Origin: Vicinamibacterales bacterium
Lineage (GTDB): Bacteria; Acidobacteriota; Vicinamibacteria; Vicinamibacterales; UBA2999
Assembly: GCA_035495795.1 (NCBI GenBank)
Contig: DATJFF010000196.1
Location: 1,326 to 65,325, forward strand
Length of the DNA: 64,000 bases
Direction: 5' to 3'
Below are positions 42,659 through 51,229 of the stretch, one piece after another. The notes beneath the pieces were generated by a model that was given only the letters and a program-made list of their open reading frames with translations, did no database searches and was not told where the DNA came from. The number at the start of each line of letters is the position of its first letter. Position 1 is the stretch's first letter. The position numbers and the translations under genes are program-made.

Positions 42659-44053
42659 GTGGGGACTGGCCCCGGCAACAATCTCGAGTCGGCGGCAGAG
42701 CAGGCGCGCCGCATCATTCACGACAACGATGTCGAACGCCTGAAGCAACTGCTGGCCGAGTATCCGGCGCTACTGAGCTGGCGGAGCAGCAGCACCGACG
42801 GCGGCCTGCTCGGTCTCGCGACGAGCTCGTATGGCGACAGCTTCGACGCCAGCCGCGAACAGGCCTTCACCAGGGCGGCGTGCGCGGAGCTGCTGATCGA
42901 CCGTGGTGCGGCCGTGACGCCATCAATCGTCGACGGCCTCATCCAGTCCCGCGCCAGAGGGCTTTTGCGGCTGTTTCACGGTAAAGGCCTGCTTCCGCAC
43001 ACGCTCAGGTTTGGGGCCGCGCTCGGCGACCGCGACGCGGTTCGCGCGTTGCTCGATGAAAGCGGTGTCGATCTGGCGGCGATCAACGACGCGTTCATGT
43101 GCGCCTGCCGCTTCGAGCACGAGGGCATCGCGTTACTTCTCCTGGAGCGATCGATCGCGCTCGAGCCCACGCTCGGCGCACACGTTGATGGCGGTATGGG
43201 CCGGCTCGCGTTCGTCACATTCCTGTGCGCGGAACGAGCACTGACCTTCACCGACGCCGCGCCCGCCGGACCGTGGCAGGCGTATCTGATGGAGCGCTTC
43301 ATGCGCGCCGTTCAGGAGGGCGACTTGCCCACCTTCGTCGACGGGTTGAAGCGCGAGCCGTGGCTGCTTGGTGAATCAGAATTGGGGTTCCAGGTCGGGC
43401 TCGTCGAGCGGGCGGCGGTACGGGATCGCGGAGAATTCATTGCCGCATTGCTCGATCTCGATCCCGCGCTCGTCGGGCGGCGGCCGCCGCCGCCATCGCA
43501 GGCCATCGAGTTCGCGCTCACGTATGCCCATCCGCATCTCGTTCCCATCCTCACCCGGATCTGGCCACTGCCGGACGACCTCCCGCATGCCGCGGGAATG
43601 GGACACCTCTCAAAGGTGCAACGGTGGTTCGACGAGAACGGCGCGCCGCGGCTGGGCGCTCTCGACCATCACTATCCATGCAGCAACCGGCAGGCGCGGA
43701 TGCACGACGACCTCCACTGGGGAGCGCCGGCGCCGCAGCACGTCATCGACAGCGCGCTGGCCTGGTCCGTGATCAACGGCCACTTCGAGGTGGCCGACTT
43801 CCTCCTCGAACACGGCGCCGACATCAACACGAACTGGAGCTCACACGAACCGGCAAGCATCCTCCACGAGCTGGTCTTCCACGCGAACTACGCCGCGATG
43901 CGGTTCTTGATCGATCGCGGCATCGACATGACAATCGAGGACTACCGCTGGCGCGGCACCGCAAGCGGTTGGGCGTTGTATGCCGCAAAGGACGAGCAGA
44001 TGGCCCGCTGGCTGGAAGACGCGCGGCGGCAGCGGGAGAAGAGCACGCGTTGA
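42659..44053 (+). CDS. Ankyrin-repeat-like protein
   Basis: GTG start 15 nt after the kinase stop. Repeated ANK-like blocks are present (ELLIDRGAAVT, ALGDRDAVRALLDESGVDL, GHFEVADFLLEHGADINT, ANYAAMRFLIDRGIDMT). Confidence 0.7.
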   Translation: MGTGPGNNLESAAEQARRIIHDNDVERLKQLLAEYPALLSWRSSSTDGGLLGLATSSYGDSFDASREQAFTRAACAELLIDRGAAVTPSIVDGLIQSRARGLLRLFHGKGLLPHTLRFGAALGDRDAVRALLDESGVDLAAINDAFMCACRFEHEGIALLLLERSIALEPTLGAHVDGGMGRLAFVTFLCAERALTFTDAAPAGPWQAYLMERFMRAVQEGDLPTFVDGLKREPWLLGESELGFQVGLVERAAVRDRGEFIAALLDLDPALVGRRPPPPSQAIEFALTYAHPHLVPILTRIWPLPDDLPHAAGMGHLSKVQRWFDENGAPRLGALDHHYPCSNRQARMHDDLHWGAPAPQHVIDSALAWSVINGHFEVADFLLEHGADINTNWSSHEPASILHELVFHANYAAMRFLIDRGIDMTIEDYRWRGTASGWALYAAKDEQMARWLEDARRQREKSTR

Positions 44054-44139
44054 GGCCGGTCCCCGGGCCGCGTAACACCTGGCCTGGTCGTGACACTTCC
44101 ACTCAGACGCACGCAAGTGACCGCGTCAGGAGGTGACAG

Positions 44140-44895
44140 ATGGCCCGGATCGACGAAGTCGCGCCAGATTTGTTTCGAGTCTCGGTTTATGCGCCGCAGT
44201 TCGACCTGCAATTCAACCATTTCCTGATCAGGGACGACGAGCCGCTCCTGTTCCACACCGGGATGCGCCGGATGTTCCCGGAAGTCCGCGACGCGGTCGC
44301 GCAGATCATCGACCCGGCCACGCTGCGCTGGATCAGCTGGAGCCATTTCGAGGTCGACGAGTGCGGCGCCCTGAACCAGTGGCTCGCCGTCGCTCCCAAG
44401 GCCCAGCCCGTGTGCAGCAAGGTTGGCGCCGCCGTCAACCTGGACGACTTCGCCGATCGCCCGGCCCGCGGCCTCGGGAAGGACGAGGTGATCGAGACCG
44501 GCCAGCACCGCTATCGCTTCGTGCCGACGCCGCACCTGCCGCATGGATGGGACGCCGGGGTGCTGTTCGAAGAAACGACGGGCGTGCTCCTCTGCTCCGA
44601 CCTCTTTCACCAGCTCGGCGACGTCGAGCCGGTGACCTCCAACGACGTGCTGGGCCGATGGGACGCGGCGGTGGCGGCGTACCAGAAGCATCCCGTGCTC
44701 ATGGATTACGTGCCGCTGACGCCGGCGACACGGCGGCGGCTGAACGAGCTTGCCGACCTGCAGCCGCGCGTGCTCGCCGCGATGCACGGGTCCACGTTCG
44801 TCGGCGACGCCGCGGCCGCGCTGCGCAATGCTGCCGACATGCTCCAGAATCGCCTTGGAGTGTCGGCACTGGACCTGGCCGGCGCGAAGGCCTGA
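44140..44895 (+). CDS. MBL-fold protein of the flavodiiron/ODP-like type (no flavodoxin domain)
   Basis: ATG follows [23 protein letters not shown] and [17 protein letters not shown] carry the H-x-E-x-D-(H/E) di-metal motif arrangement of FprA-like MBL domains. Confidence 0.75.
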   Translation: MARIDEVAPDLFRVSVYAPQFDLQFNHFLIRDDEPLLFHTGMRRMFPEVRDAVAQIIDPATLRWISWSHFEVDECGALNQWLAVAPKAQPVCSKVGAAVNLDDFADRPARGLGKDEVIETGQHRYRFVPTPHLPHGWDAGVLFEETTGVLLCSDLFHQLGDVEPVTSNDVLGRWDAAVAAYQKHPVLMDYVPLTPATRRRLNELADLQPRVLAAMHGSTFVGDAAAALRNAADMLQNRLGVSALDLAGAKA

Positions 44896-44905
44896 CGGTG
44901 CGCCG

Positions 44906-44946
44906 TCACTTTTCACTTTCAGGTTGCCGGGTTTTCCAGCAACCTG
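44906..44946 (+). repeat. Solo copy of the ~40-nt terminal hairpin module of the 26304-26439 element
   Basis: TCACTTTTCACTTTCAGG (44906-44923) differs by one inserted T from the reverse complement of 26322-26338. It is followed by the hairpin CAGGTTGC-N11-GCAACCTG (44920-44946). The module ends directly at the ATG of the ECF sigma gene. Confidence 0.65.
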
Positions 44947-45531
44947 ATGGCGATGCCGGAGACCGACGCCACGCTCGACGCGGTCAGCGACGAGGGGCTC
45001 GCCCGCCGCATTGCCAGCGGGCTGCCGGGATCGACCGACGCCGAGGAAGCCGAGTTATACCGTCGCTTCGCGCCCAGGGTCCGGTTGTATGGACGCCGGC
45101 ACCTGCGCGACGAAGCGGCGGCCGAGGACCTCGCGCAAGAGGTGCTGCTGCTGACGATCGAACGCTTGCACGCCGGTGAAGTGCAGAAGCCGGAGCAGAT
45201 TGGTTCGTTCATCCTGGGAGCCAGCCGGATGATGGCCCACGGCGAACGCCGAGTGGCGCGGCGGCGGGAAGCGCTTGCCGCCCGCTTCATGCCGACCGCG
45301 GCGGAAACGGCGCCGATGTCTCTCGCCTCGCTCGACGCGCCGCGCGTGGCTGCTTGCCTGCGGGGGCTCGCCGAGCGCGACCGGCTGGTGTTGCTGCTCA
45401 CCTTCTACGCCGAGCGGGAAGCACCGCGCATCGCGGACGACCTCGGCGTCTCGCCGGGCGCGGTCCGCGCCATCCGCCATCGGGCGATGGCCCGGCTTCG
45501 CGACTGTGTGCTCGGGGAGGCCCGATCATGA
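44947..45531 (+). CDS. ECF sigma factor (paralogue 2)
   Basis: FAPRVRLYGRRHLRDEAAAEDLAQEVLLLTIERL aligns with MAPRIHLYGLRHLRSAPAADDLVQQVLLAMLEAL of 32672..33211. Region 4 reads LAERDRLVLLLTFYAEREAPRIADDLGVSPGAVRAIRHRAMARLR. Confidence 0.85.
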   Translation: MAMPETDATLDAVSDEGLARRIASGLPGSTDAEEAELYRRFAPRVRLYGRRHLRDEAAAEDLAQEVLLLTIERLHAGEVQKPEQIGSFILGASRMMAHGERRVARRREALAARFMPTAAETAPMSLASLDAPRVAACLRGLAERDRLVLLLTFYAEREAPRIADDLGVSPGAVRAIRHRAMARLRDCVLGEARS

Positions 45532-46097
45532 ACGCCTCAGGATGTGAGCGACTCGCCCTCGCCGATCTGACCGATTACGCCGCGGGCGAGTTGCCCGCGT
45601 CCGAGGCGGACGCCATCGAGGAGCACCTCTTCTCCTGCGCCGACTGCAGCGCCCGGGCGGCGGAGTTCGACGCGCTTCTGCGCGCGATTCGACCCGCGGT
45701 TCGATCCGCGGAAGTCGGCGGCTTCGTCACCGACGACGTCCTGAACCGGTTGGCGCGCGAGGGCGTGCGGGTGCGATCGTTCGTGGTGTCGCCGGGCGCG
45801 ATGGTTCCGTGCGCGGTATGGGACAGCGACGAACTGCTGGCGCTGCGGCTCCGCGCAGACTTTGGCGGCGCCGGCGAAGTCACCATGTCACAGCGCGTCG
45901 CCGGCGCGGAGGTGGTCCGGGCCACGGCACCGGTGGCCGGCGGCCCGCACGGTGAGCTGATTTACGCGCTGCCGGCAAGCTGGGTGCGGGAGCTCCCCGT
46001 CGTCGAGGTCGAAGTGTTGCTCACCACACACGAAGGCGGCGAGGACCGTCCGATCGCCAGCTACACGCTCCTCCACGGCGGATCGCTCCAGCGATAA
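45528..46097 (+). CDS. Soluble ZAS-type (zf-HC2) anti-sigma factor with unassigned C-terminal domain (paralogue 2)
   Basis: Lies within ORF 45354..46097. ATG 45528 overlaps the sigma stop (ATGA). The ZAS residues are C6 ... H33-x3-C37-x2-C40 (EEHLFSCADCSARA). No TM stretch is present. Confidence 0.75.
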   Translation: MNASGCERLALADLTDYAAGELPASEADAIEEHLFSCADCSARAAEFDALLRAIRPAVRSAEVGGFVTDDVLNRLAREGVRVRSFVVSPGAMVPCAVWDSDELLALRLRADFGGAGEVTMSQRVAGAEVVRATAPVAGGPHGELIYALPASWVRELPVVEVEVLLTTHEGGEDRPIASYTLLHGGSLQR

Positions 46098-46163
46098 CGG
46101 CTGCCGCCGGTCGCCCTTCCCCGGCTCGCGGCGGAGCCGCCCTCTCCTTGCCTGCTTGCGTTT

Positions 46164-46185
46164 GTATATTAAACGATATATATAC
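46164..46185. promoter_or_regulatory. AT-rich palindrome / promoter of padR-3
   Basis: GTATAT-N10-ATATAC lies within tttGTATATTAAACGATATATATACTgg, a sharp AT-rich island in GC-rich DNA. TATACT (46181-46186) is 10 nt upstream of ATG 46197 and there is no SD. Confidence 0.5.
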
Positions 46186-46196
46186 TGGCCAGTCAC

Positions 46197-46559
46197 ATGG
46201 CCGACAGACAGCGAAGCGTCGATCACCTGCTGCCGTTGAAGCCCAAGGTCCTGCACGTCCTGCTGGCCCTCGCCGATGGCCCGCGCCACGGATACGGCAT
46301 CATGCAGGAGGTCGCGGCGCGCACGGAGGGACTCGTGCGCCTCTGGCCGGCGGCCTTGTACGGAACCCTTCGCGAGCTCGAAGATCTCGACTGGATCGCC
46401 GAGGCCTCCGAGCGGCCCACCGATGACGACGAGCGGCGCCGCTATTTCGCGTTGACGCCCCTCGGCAAGCGGGTGCTGAGCGCCGAGGTCCGCCGCCTCG
46501 AAGCGATTGTCGATCTCGCGCGCGCCAGCCGGGCCTTGCGCAAGGAAGGACGCGCATGA
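46197..46559 (+). CDS. PadR-family transcriptional regulator (copy 3)
   Basis: VLHVLLALADGPRHGYGIMQEV...LYGTLRELEDLDWIAEASERPTDDDERRRYFALT. Confidence 0.9.
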   Translation: MADRQRSVDHLLPLKPKVLHVLLALADGPRHGYGIMQEVAARTEGLVRLWPAALYGTLRELEDLDWIAEASERPTDDDERRRYFALTPLGKRVLSAEVRRLEAIVDLARASRALRKEGRA

Positions 46560-49165
46560 GGCTCTACAACCGGCTCCTTCGGCTGCTGCGCGGCCGGGAT
46601 ACCGACGAGCGGCGCGCGATCCAGGACGATGCGGAGCGGCTGCTGGACACGGCGCGCGTGCGGGGAGGCGCCGCGGTAACGGCGACCTGGCTCGCCCTGA
46701 TCTGGGATCTCGCGGCCGGTGCCACCCACGATCTGGCCCGAGCGGTTCGCTCGCTGATCCGAGCGCCTGGCTTCACCGTGACGGTGTCGCTGCTGCTCGG
46801 CCTGGGTGTCGCGGCCACGACAACGCTGTTCGCCCTGATCAACGCGGTCATCCTGAAGCCGCTCCCCTATGCCGACCCGGAACAGCTGGTCATGTTCTGG
46901 GAGTGGAACGCCACGCAGAATCGCGTCGAGGGACCCTCGCCCGGCAACGTGGACGACTGGGTTGCTCGGAGCGATGCCTTCGAGGCGATCACCGCGTGGT
47001 GGACGGCATCGGCGACGCTCCGCGGGCGGGACGGCAGCGCGCCGGTCACCGGTGTCCAGGTGACGAAGGGCTTCTTCGCGGTCTTCCGCCGCGCGCCGCT
47101 CCTCGGCCGGACCTTTGCCGACGACGAGTATGCGGGTACGCCGTCGATCGCGTCAGGCCGGACCGGCGGCCGCGAGCCGGTGCTGGTGCTGAGTCATCGG
47201 CTGTGGCAGAACCTCGGCGCGAATCCGGCGCTGGTTGGCGACACCGTGTATGTCGAAGGACGGAATTGGCGCGTCCTCGGCGTCATGCCTCCCGATTTCG
47301 CGGTACCGGACGCTGGCGCAGGCTTCTGGACACCGTGGGACGTTCGCGAGGCGTATCGCGGCGCCCGCTTTCCGGACGGCCCTCCGCGCGACTTCCGGTT
47401 CCTGAACGTCGTCGGTCGAGTGACCGCCGGCCTCTCGCGCGAGGCTGCGAGCGAGAGGATGGAGGTGCTCGCATCCCGCCTCGCCGCGGATCATCCGCGC
47501 ACGAATGCCGGCTGGAGCGTTCAGCTGGTCCCGCTGAACGAACAGCTCGTACGATCGAGCCGCACCGAGCTGCTGCTCGTCTTCGGCGCGGTGTCCTGTC
47601 TTCTTCTGCTCGTCTGCGCCAACGTGGCAAGCCTGGCGATCGCCCGCGGCGCTGCGCGGGCGCGTGAGACTGCGATCCGCCTGGCGCTGGGCGCCGGCCG
47701 GAGCCGCATCGTCAAGGAACACCTCGCGGAAAGCGGACTCTCGGCGGCGCTCACGGCACTCGTGGCAATCGTGCTCACGATCGGATCGCTGAGCGGCACC
47801 GTCGCGTTCGCTCCGTCGGACATCCCCCGCTTGCACGAGGTCGAGGTGAACGCGCAGGTCGTCGCGTTCGCCGTGGCCATCTCGCTCCTGGTCACCCTCG
47901 CCGGCGTCGTACTCCCGGGCCTTCGAGGCAGTGCCCCCGCGATCGCGGCGGCGCTGAAGGAAGGCGCGCCGATTTCTGGGCGGCGCGGCAGCCAGGTGCG
48001 GCGCGCGCTCGTGGTCGCCGAGATCGGTGTCACGGTCGTGCTCCTCGTCGGCGCGGGCCTTCTGGTCCGCAGTTTCGCGCGGCTGCAGCGTGTAGACCCG
48101 GGCTTCGACGTCCGGAACCTGCTGGTGCTGCGAATCTCGCCCGATGTAACCAGATACCAGGGCCCCCGCGTGACCGACTACTACGGCCGCGTCCTCGATT
48201 CGATTCGCGAGTTGCCAGGGGTTGCGGCGGCGGCCGCGGTCACCGTCCTGCCGATGAGCACGATCGGCTCCGATTTCTATCGGCCGTACTGGCTGGAAGG
48301 CGCGCCGACCAGCGGGAACACCGCCACCGTGGCAAACGTGCGCATGGCAACACCGGAATACTTCAGCACGCTTGGACTGCCGCTCGTCGCGGGCCGTGAG
48401 TTCTCCGCGCAGGACACCTTGCAGGGGCCGCGGGTCATCATCATCAACGAGAGCCTGGCTCGGAGCGCGTGGCAGGGTCAGGATCCCGTCGGCCGCGAAC
48501 TCATCCTGGACTACCAGGGCGGCGCGACGCCGCGCCGCGTCGTCGGCGTCGTCCGCGACGCCAGGTACGACGGCCCGCGCAGCGCGCCGGCGCCCGAGAT
48601 CTTCATCCCGCACGCGCAGAATCCGTATCTCGTCATGAACCTCCTGGTTCGGACGACGATCGACCCCGAGGCGTTGGCCCGAGCCGCACGCGCCCGGGCG
48701 TTGGCCGTAGACCACGACCAGCCGGTTCACTCCGTCACCACCATGGAGCGCCTGCTCGACGACACCATGCAGCAGGATCGGTTCGCGATGCTGTTCGTGG
48801 GCTTGTTCGCCGCCGCCGGCCTGGTGACCGCCGCGACCGGTGTGTACGCCTTGCTCGCCTACACGGTCGCGCAGCGCCGACGCGAGATCGCGGTTCGGAT
48901 GGCGATCGGCGCATCGTCGAATTCGGTGGCGCGTCTGGTCGTCATGGAGTCGTTGATGCTCGCGCTCGCCGGCTGCGTCACCGGCGGGCTCGGCGTCGCG
49001 GCGGTCAGCCGTCTCGGACGATCGATCCTGTTCGGCATTGCCCCGCAGGACCCGCTCACGCTGGCGGCAACTGCCGCCGTGCTTCTCGTGACGGTGCTGA
49101 CGGCGAGCTGGCTGCCGGCGCGGCGGGCCGCGAGAATCAATCCGGTCTCGGCGATGCGAGTCTGA
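46556..49165 (+). CDS. ADOP-type duplicated FtsX/MacB-like permease (copy 3)
   Basis: 869 aa. The ATGA start overlaps the padR-3 stop. It has two FtsX halves and ends WLPARRAARINPVSAMRV. Confidence 0.9.
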   Translation: MRLYNRLLRLLRGRDTDERRAIQDDAERLLDTARVRGGAAVTATWLALIWDLAAGATHDLARAVRSLIRAPGFTVTVSLLLGLGVAATTTLFALINAVILKPLPYADPEQLVMFWEWNATQNRVEGPSPGNVDDWVARSDAFEAITAWWTASATLRGRDGSAPVTGVQVTKGFFAVFRRAPLLGRTFADDEYAGTPSIASGRTGGREPVLVLSHRLWQNLGANPALVGDTVYVEGRNWRVLGVMPPDFAVPDAGAGFWTPWDVREAYRGARFPDGPPRDFRFLNVVGRVTAGLSREAASERMEVLASRLAADHPRTNAGWSVQLVPLNEQLVRSSRTELLLVFGAVSCLLLLVCANVASLAIARGAARARETAIRLALGAGRSRIVKEHLAESGLSAALTALVAIVLTIGSLSGTVAFAPSDIPRLHEVEVNAQVVAFAVAISLLVTLAGVVLPGLRGSAPAIAAALKEGAPISGRRGSQVRRALVVAEIGVTVVLLVGAGLLVRSFARLQRVDPGFDVRNLLVLRISPDVTRYQGPRVTDYYGRVLDSIRELPGVAAAAAVTVLPMSTIGSDFYRPYWLEGAPTSGNTATVANVRMATPEYFSTLGLPLVAGREFSAQDTLQGPRVIIINESLARSAWQGQDPVGRELILDYQGGATPRRVVGVVRDARYDGPRSAPAPEIFIPHAQNPYLVMNLLVRTTIDPEALARAARARALAVDHDQPVHSVTTMERLLDDTMQQDRFAMLFVGLFAAAGLVTAATGVYALLAYTVAQRRREIAVRMAIGASSNSVARLVVMESLMLALAGCVTGGLGVAAVSRLGRSILFGIAPQDPLTLAATAAVLLVTVLTASWLPARRAARINPVSAMRV

Positions 49166-49703
49166 ACAGCTCATCGACAACGATGCCGATCGGCCGCATT
49201 GTCTCGATTTTCCGCGCACGCAAGCCGGTGTAGAGAGGGAACCGCTCCCCGATCACCGCTTTCTCTGCGGCGGCAGACCGCGCAAACGGCCGGCTGAGCT
49301 GCCGACGCACGGTCTCGGCACCGCAGGCGTCGCGGTCGAGCGACGGAATCAACACGAACGTGGTGGGACTCTCCTCGATCGCCATCCGGAGCCTCGGGTA
49401 CTCGGGATGGATGTCTTCTGGATAAGTCATGAAGCCGGACGACAAAGCGGCAACCCACCGGCATTCGTCATTGTGCAGCGTCCGGTATGTCTCGACGTTT
49501 TTGCGCGCGTAGGCGCGGTATCCGAAGCGATCGATGTACTCGCTGATGTCACCGGCACGAGCCTCGAAGCGCCGGTCGAGATCCACGAACGCGATTCTCA
49601 ATCGCTCCGCGAGCGAAGCGCCGATCGTCGTCTTGCCGGCACCGCCCGGACCAACCAGCGTGATGCGCATCGCTCCGACTCTCCCGTTGGGGATGTCTTT
49701 CAT
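49137..49703 (-). CDS. Shikimate-kinase-like P-loop kinase
   Basis: This is the C-terminal 188 codons of the artefactual 704-aa ORF 49137..51251. ATG 49703 overlaps the upstream stop (ATGA); the alternative ATG is 49670. Walker A MRITLVGPGGAGKTTIG is followed by FVDLDRRFEARAGDISEYIDRFGYRAYARKNVE, which is AroK-like. Confidence 0.75.
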   Translation of the reverse strand: MKDIPNGRVGAMRITLVGPGGAGKTTIGASLAERLRIAFVDLDRRFEARAGDISEYIDRFGYRAYARKNVETYRTLHNDECRWVAALSSGFMTYPEDIHPEYPRLRMAIEESPTTFVLIPSLDRDACGAETVRRQLSRPFARSAAAEKAVIGERFPLYTGLRARKIETMRPIGIVVDELFRLASPRPD

Positions 49704-51169
49704 CGATGGAAGACGATCCGAAGCACGAACGTCGCGGCCAGCGCTGCCACGCATGACCACGCGAACGCGTCTCCGATCTTTGCATACACGGTTGGCACGC
49801 GTTCGACCGGAAGGTTCGCCGTCATCGTCCGGTCGGCGGCCGTGAAGTAGTCCGAGACGTTGAGGACCCGGCCGCGAGAGTCCACGGCGGCAGAGATCCC
49901 GGAAGCGGCCGCCCGCACGATTGAGACGCCGTTCTCGATCGCGCGAAACACGTGCATCTGCAGGTGGAGGTGTTTGATGCTCTGCCAATCGTTCGCAGGC
50001 ACGATCAACACATCCGCGGCCTGCATGCCGGCAGGCCTGATGAACTCGGGAAAGTCGGCCTCGAAGCAGATGGCGCCGGCCATGCGGCCCAGTGCTGTTG
50101 CCACAACCAGGATCCCATCGCGGCCGCGTCGCATGATGCTTTCTTCCCAACCCGCCACCGGCCGGTTCTTGAGGTGCGAGCCGACGGTCGCGCCGGACGG
50201 GTCGATCAGCACCAGCTTGTTCTCGAAGGGCAGCGGCTCTCCGACATGGATAGTGCCCATTCCGATTGCCAGATAGACGCGCTCGTCGGCGGCCACCTTG
50301 CGCGCGCGCGCCAGGAACGCCGGCTCGTCTTCCGCAAAGACCAGAAGGTTCTGCTCCGGCCAGACGACCATGCGAGCCCCGGCCCGCGCCGCCCGGCGAG
50401 TCTCGCCCAGAAACCAGTCCTGCAGCTTCTCGAGCCTGGCCCGCTCGACATCGCGCCCCGACGCCGCGACCCGTCCCTCGGAGACCCTCGTCATCTCGCC
50501 AGGAACGAGGAGATCGACCGGCCGGTTGACGGTCGCGATCGGAATCGAAACGTGAGCCGCCGGTGCAATCGCGAGCCGAACTCCGCCTGCCACCAGCGCC
50601 GCGCCGACGGTGATGGCGCATGGCAGCCAGGCGCCGCGGACTGACGCATCGAAGCCGAAACGCCAGGCCAGCTCGAAAGCCGAGGCCGACCAGGAAATCA
50701 GGAACGTAATGCCCCAGATGCCGGCAAAAGCGGCCACCTGCATGATCGGCGGAAACCCGTACTGCGAGTAGGCAATCGAGCCCCAGGTGGCGGCCGGCGT
50801 CAGGCGCGAGCGGAGGAACTCGGCGGCAACCATCGCGACCGGAAAGACGAGCGTGCCAACCGCACCCCCGACCGGCGGCGCGAGCAGCCGATCCAGCAGG
50901 AACGGCACGGCCACCACCGAGGCTTCGGCTGCCATGATCGGCAACCAGACGGCAAAGGGTACCGGCATCGTGTCGCGCCTGGCGATGCCCAACGACACTG
51001 CGAGCAGTAGCCACAGCCAGGTGAGGCCCGGCCCGATGGGCATCGCACGCGACGCGTGCAGGAGGGCAGTCAACCCGATCCATGCGGCGGGCGGGACGGC
51101 TGCGCGTGTGGCCAGGCCGTAAAGGCCGGCGCCGATGAGCAGTGAGAAGAGCTGACCAGCGTACGCCAT
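49700..51169 (-). CDS. lnt: Apolipoprotein N-acyltransferase-like protein (polytopic N-terminus plus CN-hydrolase domain)
   Basis: 489 aa. About 7-8 N-terminal TM helices are followed by a nitrilase-superfamily domain with candidate E-K-C residues (MVVWPEQ, FENKLVL, GAICFEADFPEF) and a final TM helix. Confidence 0.75.
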   Translation of the reverse strand: MAYAGQLFSLLIGAGLYGLATRAAVPPAAWIGLTALLHASRAMPIGPGLTWLWLLLAVSLGIARRDTMPVPFAVWLPIMAAEASVVAVPFLLDRLLAPPVGGAVGTLVFPVAMVAAEFLRSRLTPAATWGSIAYSQYGFPPIMQVAAFAGIWGITFLISWSASAFELAWRFGFDASVRGAWLPCAITVGAALVAGGVRLAIAPAAHVSIPIATVNRPVDLLVPGEMTRVSEGRVAASGRDVERARLEKLQDWFLGETRRAARAGARMVVWPEQNLLVFAEDEPAFLARARKVAADERVYLAIGMGTIHVGEPLPFENKLVLIDPSGATVGSHLKNRPVAGWEESIMRRGRDGILVVATALGRMAGAICFEADFPEFIRPAGMQAADVLIVPANDWQSIKHLHLQMHVFRAIENGVSIVRAAASGISAAVDSRGRVLNVSDYFTAADRTMTANLPVERVPTVYAKIGDAFAWSCVAALAATFVLRIVFHR

Positions 51170-51229
51170 GGGCTACCTCCAGCGATCCAGCGGATGGCAC
51201 AATGGTGCACGTCGGCCGAAGGATCGGCG

